Translations under genes and position numbers: made by a program
Notes under the pieces: generated by a model
The model's database searches: none
Told to the model about the DNA's origin: nothing
What the model saw: the letters and a program-made list of their open reading frames with translations, nothing else
NCBI GenBank assembly: GCA_964016885.1
Contig: OZ024741.1
Coordinates: 376,216,001 to 376,280,000 of the forward strand
Direction: 5' to 3'
DNA from: Eledone cirrhosa
Taxonomy: Eukaryota
Length of the DNA stretch: 64,000 nucleotides
Shown here: in pieces, positions 1 to 11,390 of the stretch
How the letters are laid out: every line of letters starts with the position of its first letter
Position numbering within the stretch: the stretch's first letter is position 1

Positions 1-340
1 TTTTTCCAAAAGTGTGTTCCTGCCCCCAGGGGTCTCCTGCTCAATATGTGCCAATTCTGAGAGTTCACCTTCATCTGTAGGACAAACGTAGCCCATGTGT
101 CAAGTTTTGTCAAAATCGGTTGCGAACTCCAGAAGTTATGACGTTTAGTTGCATTGCTCTGCAGTGCTTCAGTCGACTCCAAGGAAGTGGTTAAAGGGGT
201 TAAAGGGGTTATCTGCCGGGAGGCCCTATAATCAATATATGGAAAAATGAAGGTGCCGATGACCATCCGGAGTACATAAGTAACCTAGGTCTTCAATTTG
301 GTGAAAATACTGTAGAAATGCATAAGGTTTATACATACGC
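1..340 (-). mobile_element. Partial non-autonomous Helitron-like repeat (runs off window start)
   Basis: Motifs CATGTGTCAAGTTTTGTCAAAATCGGTT and AAGTAACCTAGG..CAATTTGGTGAAAAT resemble the subterminal motifs of the Helitrons at 10030-10110 and 42135-42238. Termini not seen. Confidence 0.35.
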
Positions 341-529
341 ACGCGCGCGTGTGTGTGTGTGTGTGTGTCTGTGTCTGTGTTTGTGGGTGTGCATGTATTT
401 GTGTGTGCGTATGTATGTATATGTCAGTCGGGGCATACGTATGTACTGGCCTAAATCTTCACTATTTACTTTCACTATTTTAATAACCTCTGTCATTTTC
501 GTTTTCAATTTTATTTACATCATTCTTAA

Positions 530-690
530 ACTCCGGGGCTGGAAATCATCGCTTTTTTCCGTTCACTGCCAGGGAACGTCTTCACGAACCAAAATATCGT
601 CTTCCTGTTTTCCTTCGGTTGCAACGTTTCTCGAAATATTTACTTCTGCGTTCACAGATTACTCTCAGTTCAATTTGAATGGGAAATTCC
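530..690 (+). repeat. Dispersed PLE-end-derived repeat fragment
   Basis: CTTCCTGTTTTCCTTCGGTTGCAACGTTT..GAAATATTTACTTCTGCGTTCACAGATT recurs at ~47275-47340 (+) and ~9425-9490 (-). Confidence 0.7.
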
Positions 691-917
691 TGTTTCATCG
701 ATTTTCTCCGTAACCATGGCAGCTTGTATGTTGAATGTCGACTCAACGCCTCCTCGTGTCATTCTGCATAACTGTGTAACTTTTCGCTGCATTCCACCAA
801 GCCGTTTCGACGTTTATCCGACTGCACCTACATATACAACGTCTGACCACTTCCAATTTATACAGTAGATATATATAGAGAGAGGGAATAAATCAGGTAT
901 ATAAAGAAATGTGTATG

Positions 918-970
<53 letters not shown>

Positions 971-1078
971 TTGAATATGTGTCGGTTGCTTAGCGATACT
1001 TCAGAATGCAAGTTGCAGCACTCAACTAAATACGCAGGTAAGTCGACAGATTAAAATTAACTTCATTTATTCATATTC

Positions 1079-1137
1079 GCTGCTATATATATTTCAGTGA
1101 TAACCATTATTCAACAGTTATGACCTCACCAGGCAGC
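1079..1137 (-). ncRNA. Minimal type I hammerhead ribozyme motif, core mutated (CTGGTGA)
   Basis: Minus strand: GCTGC-CTGGTGA-GGTCATAAC..GTTATCACT-GAAA-TATATA-TA-GCAGC. Stem I is GCTGC/GCAGC and stem III is palindromic. Confidence 0.7.
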
Positions 1138-2274
1138 TAGAACTTGAATAGAAAAAAACCAAGGAAACATAATGTTAATTCGTTGATATGCCAAGATCAG
1201 AAATCTGATGTTGTTAATTAAAAGAACTAAAATGAAAGAACTCGAGCATCAGAAGGGTATACCTTCCTCTCATTGGTCAGAGTATACTTTTCTCTCATTG
1301 TCCTAACAAGTCAGTTGTCTTTGAAGCAGGTGAGCCTGCTAGGGATGATTTTAACAATCAGCTGTACTAACTGCATGTAGGTGTGATTTGTCGTAGTTGA
1401 TCTATTTTTACTATAGTGGCAGTGGTGTAAGCAGGTCTCTCTTTTGCGGTAGTATTGTAGTTGCTATTAAGGAAATCATGCCTGCAACCCGGTATGGCCT
1501 CCCTTGGAAGCGCGAGGGCTATATTCACATCCTGGTAGTAGGAGAAATTAGAATTATAACTGCAGGTGTTAAAACCTCTACGTGTAACAATGTGTAAGTG
1601 CTAAAAAACAATAAGTGTTGAACATTATAATTGATATTTTAAACAGTTAGTACATACCCACAAACAACCATCTGCGTATCCTCACACGTACACAGCCATC
1701 TATATATACATGCCTGCACATACACACTTACATCTATACGGTCACATACATCTATACCTAATCATATCTGTGTACACATCTATACACGCACTCACACAAG
1801 TACATACATACACATACATGCATACATCCATACGTGCACACGCACAGACACACGTGTTCCCTTTGAAGGGGTGGGAGGAGAATTAATAGGTGCTTCCTAT
1901 TTACTTATCACTGTTAGTACTGACTTTTGTGTGCGAAAGGGGTTAGATTTAAGGTAGCTTGTCCTTCGGAGAACCGGATCACTGCCCGGTGGAGGATGGT
2001 ACAGCCCAGTGGTCGGAAATGTGGGGTGCATGGAGATTCCTAGTGTAGGGCCATGCCAACGTATATTATCTAGCTAATTACCTAGTGACGGTTAACTTGG
2101 TTTCGAACTAAGGAAATGAGTAGGAAGGGTGAACCACAGCGATGCGGGGCACGGGTCTAAGTAATTGCGGCTCTGTGGTGTTTTAAATGCTAGTCGAGGC
2201 AAGAAGAGAGGAGAAGAGACAGGTAGCTCCAGTGGGCGAGGTTAGTGTTTCTAGGGTTCAGTTTAGTGGAGTTG

Positions 2275-4200
2275 CTATCCATATAGCTTGAGGAAAGTCC
2301 CCGTCCTTAAGTGTCTGCATGTACCAAAGAAATCTGTCCTATGATTGATTAAGTGAGTATCTCGAGTGTCTCACTTAGACAGAGGCTGCAAATGTCAGAT
2401 CCAACTACGTGTGGTGGTACTCCATAACTTTGGAACAAACCAAAGAGTACGGGGTTTTGTCCAGCTTGAGCTTCCAGATCAGTTCAGAAAGAGCCGCATC
2501 TTTCCTTTTGTCGATCCTATTAAAGAAATGGTAGTTGTTATACCACCTGTCCTTGAAGCTCGTCGACGTGGCTCCTATGTAAAGATGCTCCGAGTTGGGG
2601 GATTTAACCCTGCATCGGTAGACTAGGTTCTTCACTAGGCATTCATTTCTAAGGTGGCATAAGATGGGGTTTCCGCAGTTGCATGCTGTGGACGACCCCT
2701 GAATGCTTACTGTGGCGTTCCCACAGGATACGTTTGGGCGGTCTATCCCTGTGACATGTACAGGGTCCCTGGGTTGGTTGGTGTTACTGGGGTCAGTCCC
2801 GGGTTCACCATTTACCCTGTCATGACGCTACTGGGTGTCTACAGGATCAGCTGTTCTCTGTCTAAATGTCCTAAGCCTATTCCTACCGATACTAGCTATG
2901 TGATGGGCTACGTTGCGCATAGTGGAGATTGTGAGCTTCACCGTGTGCTTATTAAAGATGTTGTGGTACATTTGGGTCCTCGGGAAGTATTTATCCAGTG
3001 TCCTAAAGAATGAGCGGACTAGGCTGGTCTGTAGGCCCACGGAGTACGGTGAATTATACCATGTAATGGTTCTAAGCCTAATCCTATGTTAGTGGGTTGA
3101 GCCCGCACCAGACTGTTGAGGAGTTGTTGGGGTACCACGGCTTCTCGAACTGTTGCTGCCCAGTTGCGCATTCCGGTTTCTGCTAGCTGTTCTATTCCTG
3201 CCGGTGGTGTGATGTCGGCCCCCACTGGGTTTCGAAGTTTGAGTGTTCCACCGTCTATCCCGGTTTGTGTTATGCGCTGGGGCCGGAGTTGTTTGCATCA
3301 TTGCTGGACCCACCTCACGTATTGCGTTTATTCGCAAGCCCAGGGTATGTGCTTTTCTCGCAAGCGTAATGGTGCTAGGGTCTGGGGCGTTAGGTGCAGT
3401 AGCCCCAACCTATCTGTATTATGTGGGTTCCTCCCTTCCCGAGACTATAGGTTAGAGGTCCCTATAGGTTCTCTCCATCATGGCCCCTGCGTTTAATACA
3501 GATAACCTGGTTATTGGCCTATTTAGCTAGAGCTGTATTATAGTAATCAGCATTACTATCGAAGATCTCCTTATTGGCAGACAAGTTGTTGATCCTGTCC
3601 GAGACACTCTTGACTACGGCCTTAATAATAGATTTGGGGTGGTTGGACTTAGCGTTAACATACACTAGCTTCTAGTTAGGCTTATTATAAGGTAGTATAG
3701 CTCGGTGTTTCGGTCTAGGGCGGTGTCTAGGAAGTTAACTACTTTTCTGTTGGTGTCTATTTCTATACTGAGTGCTAGATTCCTAAAAAAATGTCTACTT
3801 TTCCTCTTCATTCCCTCCACCATACTGGTGCTGTGGTCATAGACTGTGAATAGCGCGTCGTCGCGTTATAATCTGCCGCCAAGGTTGGGAATTTTTTCCT
3901 TAATTTGGTTTAGTATGAAGATCCCAACCAGGTCTGTTATCTGTGCGGAGTCGCTGGAGACCATAGTGATGTCAAATTATTTAGTGAATCACTCCTGTTC
4001 CAGAGATCCCCACCGAAACGGATCAAGGTCTTCTGGGCGGCGTGGATTATTCCTATTTCTTCGCATGTTAAGTCCGTTTTAGACATCGCGAATATAAGGG
4101 CCTTATTTAGAATTATGGGCGATTGAAGAGTAGTAACTAGCAAAATCTAGTTGGATAAAGCTATCCTTACTCTTCCCAGTTAATAGTGTAAACCATTCTA
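2275..4200 (-). pseudogene. PLE reverse transcriptase / GIY-YIG endonuclease polyprotein, disrupted
   Basis: Motifs TMVSSDSAQITDLVGIFIL, *RDDALF (catalytic YRDD hit by a stop), FFRTLDKYFP..IFNKHTVK, CNCGNPILC, LVYRC..YIGATSTSFKDRW and ICSLCLSE. Several stops and frameshifts. Confidence 0.9.
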
Positions 4201-4971
4201 TCATCTCAGCAGTACAGGACCATATAAAATTTTACACGTATAGGTTTCAACACATACAGTTATAGTTCTAACTTCTCCTACTATCAGGATGTATATATAG
4301 CCCTCACGCTCCCAGATATACCTATATCGGGCTACACGCATGATTTCTTCAATAGCAACTACAGTACTACCACAAAAGAGAGGCTGACCTACGTAGACCA
4401 CTGCCACTATAATAAAATAGGTCAACTAGACCAAAACTCCCCTACATGCAGTTATAATGTATCTAATCTAATCTGGCCGAGTTTACACTCGCAAATAAGA
4501 ACCAGAGCCGCCCCAAGGAGCATTCGTTTAGTGTACTTCATATTTGTTTCGGTTGCTGAATACAATCAGGGGTCGCTGCTTCTTCTGAAGGTCAATAGTT
4601 CTCTTCTAACTCGAGCGGGAGCGCCCTTCCATTGATCATCTGAAAAGCCGCATTGTTCTCAGAACCACTACACCAGTGTTTCGATGCATGCAGGTGGAAC
4701 TACTGCCACCCATTGATTTGGAAGGATTTATTCCTTTTTTTTTAGCTGGCCGTTGACTCATAAGAGTTATTATAGCTGATTGTTAAAAATCATCTCATGT
4801 TAGGACTATGAGAAGAAAGTATACTCTTCTGATACACGAGTTCGTTCATTTTAGTTCATACGTCATCATAGTTCAAAAACACCACATTTCGTATCTTTGC
4901 ATATCAACGAATTAACAAGGTAAACTCTATTCCATCATCATGTTTCCCTGTTTTTTTCTGTTCAAGTTCTA

Positions 4972-5030
4972 GCTGCCTGATGAGGTCATAACTTTTGAAT
5001 AATGGTTATCACTGAAATATAGATAGCAGC
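4972..5030 (+). ncRNA. Minimal type I hammerhead ribozyme, canonical core
   Basis: GCTGC-CTGATGA-GGTCATAAC-loop-GTTATCACT-GAAA-TATAGA-TA-GCAGC. Stem I has 5 bp; stem II pairs at 8 of 9 positions. Confidence 0.85.
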
Positions 5031-5099
5031 GAATGTTAATAAATGAAGTTAATTTTAACCTGTTGACTTACACATCTTGTATATATATATATATAAACA

Positions 5100-6084
5100 A
5101 AAAATTCATCAATCTACCGACAGAAACTTACACCAACTCAACAGTATATATCAAAACAGATTTGGAAACTACACACTGTATAGACATTTTGAAGGGAGTT
5201 AAGCAGGGGGATGTAGTATCAGAACCTCTTTTCTGTATAGTTGTAGCTGCACTTATCTACCAAACTGAAGAAAGCTCCTCTGGCTATCACATAGGAGGTA
5301 AAATCTTATCAAATCTTAGCTATGCAAATAATATGGCCATCATGAGTTACTCTAAAACTGATCTGCAAGACTTTCTGAATGTACTGACCCAACATTCGCT
5401 GGAGGCTGGCTTACACATCAAAATATCCAAAACAAAGTGTATGACAACTGATGCCAATTTCCAACGCACAATCTACAGCCAGCAAATTGCTCAAGTGAGG
5501 GGCTTGTATATCTCGGTCACAAACTATCATCAAATAACAATGGAATGGTTGTTGCGCAGTATCGCATCGTTCTAGGTTGGGCAGCTTTCAACAAGAACAA
5601 GGAAGTACTAACATCAAAAGATGTTTCCTATCATTTGAAGGCTAAGATCTTCGATACTTACATCCTACCAATTGTATTATATAGTCTTGACTGTGTTAAT
5701 TCGACGACAAGGTCACTTCAGAAGCTCTCTACATTCCAGAACCACATCATCCGACTTATGAATGGCAAGCGGCTCAGCGACCGTATCTGTATCAGTGAGC
5801 TGCTCAACATTACCAAACTTAGACCAATTACATCAATTGTCAAGTCAAGAGTACTCAAACTATATGGTCATATAAAAAGATCAACTCGTGGTGTGAGTAA
5901 GTTATGTCTAGAAGGAAGGTTGGCTGGTAGAAAGAAGCAAAGGCCGGCAGCCAAAACGATGGCTTATGGACTGAACTTGTTCTTTGCTTTTTAAACTCTG
6001 CTGTTGGTGATCGAACTTTGTGGAGAAAAATATCTCATGTTGATGCGCAGTTTACAACTGACGGAGTTAGTGTCAAAGTAGAAG
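5100..6084 (+). mobile_element. 5'-truncated LINE (RTE-like) RT fragment with (TAC)n tail
   Basis: KGVKQGDVVSEPLF, LSYANNMAI (degenerate YADD), GLHIKISKTKCM, KAKIFDTYILPIVLY, RVLKLYGHIKR. Frameshifted near 5500-5575. Confidence 0.85.
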
Positions 6085-6327
<243 letters not shown>

Positions 6328-6780
6328 AAGAGAGAAAGAATGAGATTGAAAATTGAACTGTACATTGACTGAAAATGCTCTATAAACGTTGTGTGTGTGA
6401 AATAATAAAAGATAGACAGAACATCTGTGTGACAGATAGATATGAAGACTGACATAGTTAACCTTGCTCTATCACAGTTTTGTTCTCCATTTCCACGGTA
6501 CGACACATTGAATGTTTTCTGTCATTTCTGTCCTATTTATGTATCTGTCTATCTCTATATCTATCTATCTGACGTTCTCTTTTTCTAACTATCAGGTGAA
6601 ACTTCGAAATAACTGTTAACCTTTCCCAAGTCTAATTTAACTTAATTAAGCCTTGTAGATTTTATGTCTGATTATATATAAAGCACAGATATTAATACAG
6701 TCGATGCAGTTTGAGGGGTCTTTTAATTAGAGATCTAGCTACAATGTTGCAATGTTTCTTATTGCCTTATATTATATATA

Positions 6781-7378
6781 CAGCGATGGATTGGCAATAT
6801 CGGTAGAGGGTCGGACGCCATGCTTTCAAGCATAGTTACGTCCCTTTACGGTTTGAGTTCAAATCCCGTCGAGTTTAACTTTGCCTTTCATCCTTACAAG
6901 GTCGATAAAATAAAGTACCAGTAATGCACTGGGATATTTGCTGGCCTTGTGCCAAAAGTAGAAATAATTATATATACAGAAGGGCGGTGGATTAGCAGTA
7001 TCAGTAGAGGGTCAGACGTCTTGCTTTGCAACAAATAGTTACGGCCCTTTAGGATCTGAGTTCAAATCCCGCCGAGGTTAACTTTGCCTTGCAGCCCTAC
7101 GGGGTCGATAAAATAAAGTACCAGTCATACACTGGGATAATTGCTGGCTTTGTGCCAAATGTAGAAACAATTATATATACAGGGGTTGCGATGGCAGAAT
7201 CGGTATAGCGTTGGACACCATGCTTTGCAGCATAGAGTTATGGCCCGTTACCTTCTGAGTTCAAATCCCGCCAAGGTTAACTTTGCCTATCATCCTTGCG
7301 GGGTAGATAAAATAAAGTACCTGTAATGCACTGGGGTAATTGCTGGCCTTGTGCCAAAAGTAGAAACAATTATATATA
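6781..7378 (+). mobile_element. Head-to-tail trimer of a tRNA-derived SINE (~200 bp units)
   Basis: Three units, each with an A-box-like TGGCAGAATCGG, a B-box GAGTTCAAATCCC and the core CTTTGCCTTTCATCCTT..GTCGATAAAATAAAGTACC. Confidence 0.9.
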
Positions 7379-7675
7379 CATAGACAGGGTTGTCGTGTAT
7401 ATTTGAAGAGTCTTTTGGCAGATATATTTATCTGATTGATATATCATATCGAAGCGTCCTTCTTCGACTACGTATTGTTCGTCGCACGGAAACCAATATA
7501 TGTTTGTGTCAGGTTCCATACACATTTCCGCATAATATATTATTATCCAACAACCACTAGCTTTGCTTTCATACTTTCGGGTTCGATAAAATACGAACTG
7601 GGGTTGATTTTATTCACTTTCTTTTCTCCCAAATTTTTGCCTTGTGCTTAATTCCTACGCCATTATTATACATAG

Positions 7676-7780
7676 CGAGGTTAACTTTGCCTTTCATCCT
7701 CACGGGGTCGATAAAATAAAGTACCAGTAATACACTGGATAATTGCTGGCCTTGTGTCAAAAGTAGAAATAATTATTATA
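7676..7780 (+). mobile_element. 5'-truncated SINE copy
   Basis: Same core and 3' end as the trimer units. Confidence 0.85.
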
Positions 7781-8143
7781 CATAGGCTTACAGTCACATC
7801 TCAAATATTTTATTCGTTCGATTATTTGCCATTCAGTGTAAATTCAAAATTCACCCATTAACTACTCTCACTTATTTCCTTATGTGGCTTATGTTAACAT
7901 AATGTGTGGACTTCCAACACATATACATATAACAGATTTGTCATGAGATTAACAGTGCTGTAGCAGCTGTATTCCAGAAGCAGATACAATCTGTCAACGT
8001 GATTTATGAACATAGCATCGCTGAGGTTTCCTAGAAACTACAGTCGTTTCAATACAAAATTTGTTTCTGTGTCCAACAGTATAATGTGTTTAAAAATATA
8101 TTTTCGTATAAAACAGCCAATCAGATTAGTTGTCTAAATATCG

Positions 8144-8219
<76 letters not shown>

Positions 8220-8221
8220 GG

Positions 8222-8500
8222 GAAAGGTGGAAATACCACGGAAAATATATCATAGGGTCTGTTTCTCTTTTTTTCCTTTCTTTGATTCGTTAAAATGACA
8301 TTACTGAAAAAATTAAAGGGACAATTCCTAAAAAAAAAAGAGTTTTATAATGTATATAAAGTAAATAAAGTATTACCGGCTTCGATGTATTATTAAAATT
8401 CATCTTATCAAATGTTTAGTATTACAATTAAAAAGAATTAATAAGAATTAAAAACTATAAATTACAGATATAAAATTAAGAGGTAAGTTCTTTTCATCTT
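8222..8500 (-). repeat. Dispersed repeat (probable PLE 3' end), inverted homolog of ~28170-28445
   Basis: GGAAATACCACGGAAAATATAT..GTCTGTTTCTCT..GATTCG..AAAATGACATT matches the reverse complement of 28360-28440. Both copies abut (GA)n/(TA)n tracts. Confidence 0.7.
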
Positions 8501-8967
8501 AATTGTTGAGGAGAATCTTACTTCCCGTTTCTGATATATCAAACTGTTCAGATCCGAAAAATAGCACAGGAACCCAATACTATAACCATTGTTTTGTATA
8601 GAACTTTACTTCCCTTTTCTAAAATATATATATATATATATACTAGTTGGCCCGTCCGGCTGGCGTCCAGCTAGGTATATCGGCATTTTATCTTTTCAGA
8701 AATCCCCCCTCCACACCAGTGCAAAGATACCGCACGCCCTCACAAGTCATAGGGGTGGGGTGGGGATGGGGTGTGGGGCGGTGGGGGTTAACGTGCTCTG
8801 ATGTTGGGCTTGAATAGTTTTTAGGATTCCCCATTTCAGCAGGCAGTACGTTAAAGAAAATTGATAGTTACAACAGTAAAGGCTGAACAGAGAACACATA
8901 TTTTAACAAACTTTACAATAATTTCTACAACCATAATGGAAATTCTAAGTAACAGAAAATACATAAA

Positions 8968-9168
8968 TTACATTGTTAGAGCCTCAGAGTATACAATATC
9001 TTTTGTTCGGGCCTCGGGAGCAAAGATGAAGAGATTGTTTGGCGAGCTCACCCTAGAGCATCCTACATACAAATGACCATGGGAGAAGCATGGTTTTCCC
9101 AGATGAAGGCCAGCGAATTTTAAGGTTTGACCCTGAGGTTTGTTGATGGTAATCGCGAAGCTTAGTCT
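8968..9168 (-). pseudogene. Helitron RepHel Pif1-family helicase C-terminal fragment
   Basis: Translates RLSFAITINKPQGQTLKFAGLHLGKPCFSHGHLYVGCSRVSSPNNLFIFAPEARTKDIVYSEALTM* (helicase motifs V/VI). Absent from the ORF track. Confidence 0.9.
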
Positions 9169-9364
9169 CTCTGTTGCTCTAGTAACGTTTTTTCTTCTGG
9201 AAAACCTGTTCTTGCGGCGAGGCTGGAACTTTTTGGGTGGATTATCGGCAGTAAAAATGACGATAAGCCGTCGTGAAATAAATACATTTGCTTATATTTT
9301 GTTTTTGTGTATGCAAAAATATACACGAATATATAATTATATATATATTAAAATAACAGATTAA

Positions 9365-9415
9365 AGTTTAAGCAAATAATCCCCGCTTTCACCATCAACG
9401 GGGTATTCTGAAACT
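9365..9415 (-). ncRNA. Degenerate hammerhead-like motif (CAGAAGA family; this copy CAGAATA)
   Basis: Homologous to 28525-28575 and 47347-47397. Confidence 0.4.
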
Positions 9416-10500
9416 AAAAAAATCAATCTGTGAACGCAGAAGTAAATATTTCAAAAAACGTTGCAACCGAAGGAAAACAGGAAGACGTTACTTTGGTTCG
9501 TGAAGACGTTCCCTGACAATGAACGGAAAAAAGCAAAGATAATACGTGAACAATGAGAATAATATTTGCTCTAGGGTTCTTATATATTTGATATATATTT
9601 ATCCTTATCGAGCCCTCTTTGGATTTTAGTCTTCACATTTATTATTATTACTAATTTTATATATATATATATATATAATTAATTATTGAGAGGGCGTGCG
9701 GTATCTTTGCACTGAATTAATTAAAAGTTGGTTAGAAGCGAAGTCAATGCAGATAGGCAGCCAAACAGACAGATATTATAAGCGTGCGACGTTATAGCTA
9801 CGTATCTAATGCAGACATCAGACATACAGAGACATATTATAAGGGTGCGACGTTATAGCTATGTATCTATCTAAAACGACAGACTAAAACAAAGAGAGGA
9901 ATGTCGTATAACCGGAAGTGTTGACATCTGAAATTTTTAAATAAGTGAATATTTAAATAAACGATAAAATATCTTTAAACTTTTAACGAAATACCCTCAC
10001 TTTCTTACTTGGGAAAAGTTACATCTATGGTGCAAATTTGGTGCTTTTTGGTCTAGCTGTTTGGAGAAAAGTTTGTTAAATACATACGGCCGTCAGCTTT
10101 ATAATATAGATACACAAATAGTAGAGAGGAAGCAGATTTTTTCAGTAGAAAATGCTGAAGAGATTCTTTCAGTATGATATCAAAACATGTATTTATTTAT
10201 AAAGTGGATATTTCCGCATTTAATAATACCGCTTTCAGCATTATATTCGTTTTCAACTGCGGACATGCATAATGCAGTTATGTTGCCTATTTATACGAAT
10301 AATAAAAAGGGGAAGAAGAATTATTAGTTTTTACATTCATATTTACAGAGGATATGCATATATATACACATATATATATATATATATGCATTCGTGAGCT
10401 TTACATCGAACAATTATGATATTCGATTCGCTTGCAAGCAAACAGCCTCATTACGTTCTAGCGGTGACAGAGACACACACGCAAACACACACGCACACAC

Positions 10501-11256
10501 ACAAGGAACGCTGTACTAGTTTCAAGCTTATTAGCTATCGCCAGCAACGTATACCTTCCTGCAAGATGATTGAACGTCTGAAAGTATATAATTTCCTTAT
10601 GCATATTAACGGCTGAACAGCCTAATTTGCATATCGAGTGAGTTAATCGGCCGGGCGCACCGAAAACGCTAAACGGAAAAAATAAAACGAAATTTCATTT
10701 CTCACTCTTAGTACGGCTGTTACTTAAATATAAGTATGTATACGTACATACATATATGTATACAAACGTACAGTAGTATGTATATATATACATACATGCA
10801 CACATATATATAAGTACGTATGGATTCACCGTGATTGGACAGTATTCATATGTGTGTGCATATATATGCAAATTAGGCTGCTCAGCCGTTAATATGCATG
10901 AGGAAAGTATATACTTTCAGACGTTCAATCATCTGGCAGGAAGGTATACGTTGCTGACGATAGCTAATAAGCTTGAAACTAGTACAGCGTTCCTTTGTCA
11001 GTGTTGAACAAAAGAGCAACGATGGTTGCTAGACACTGTACGACTTAATTCGGGCTGTTTGTTTACAAACACACCGAGCATTATAATAAATGTTCGGTGA
11101 ATCCATACGTACATATATATATGTACGTATGTATGTATATATATATATATACTACTGTACGTCTGTATACATATATGTATGTACGTATACATACTTATAT
11201 TTAAGTAACAGCCGTACTAAGAGTGAGAAATGAAATTTCGTTTCATTTTTTCCGTT
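10501..11256. repeat. Unclassified ~430-bp-unit repeat family, here as inverted pieces
   Basis: 10501-10633 is inverted at ~10865-10997 and ~10670-10830 is inverted at ~11095-11256. The same family occurs in tandem at 39740-40350. Confidence 0.8.
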
Positions 11257-11354
11257 TATATATATATGTATGATAAACAGAAATAACAACACAATCGGTA
11301 CAGTATATGGGAGGAATATATTAGTTTAACGCGCTTGAAATACCAGGAAGAGTG

Positions 11355-11390
11355 TCTTAACGTTTCGGAAGCTAGTCTTTCATCAGAAGA
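11355..11390 (-). ncRNA. Minimal hammerhead motif with damaged stem II, in a probable PLE end remnant
   Basis: Minus strand: TCTT-CTGATGA-AAG ACTAG CTT CC-GAAA-CG-TT-AAGA, with palindromic AACGTT. Confidence 0.55.

Larger units (their letters stand above)
1034..5072 (-). mobile_element. Penelope-like retroelement (Naiad-like), 5'-truncated, with inverted terminal copy of its 3' end
   Basis: Decayed RT+GIY-YIG frames on the minus strand. ~1034-1597 is an inverted, diverged copy of ~4230-5072. Each arm carries an HHR motif. (TA)n lies at 922-968. Confidence 0.9.
8643..10110 (-). mobile_element. Internally deleted Helitron with a nested PLE-end fragment
   Basis: The minus strand begins TCTATATTAT and ends with a GCTGG/CCAGC hairpin plus CTAG, inserted between A and T. 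Contains the Pif1 helicase C-terminus. Confidence 0.85.

Noticed and set aside
790-850. Minus-strand GACGTT..AACGTC-GAAA-CGG resembling half a hammerhead
   Set aside because: There is no CTGANGA box or pairing stem I; at best a truncated remnant.
6781-7378. tRNA genes suggested by A/B boxes
   Set aside because: No cloverleaf forms. The boxes belong to SINE heads followed by the SINE core.
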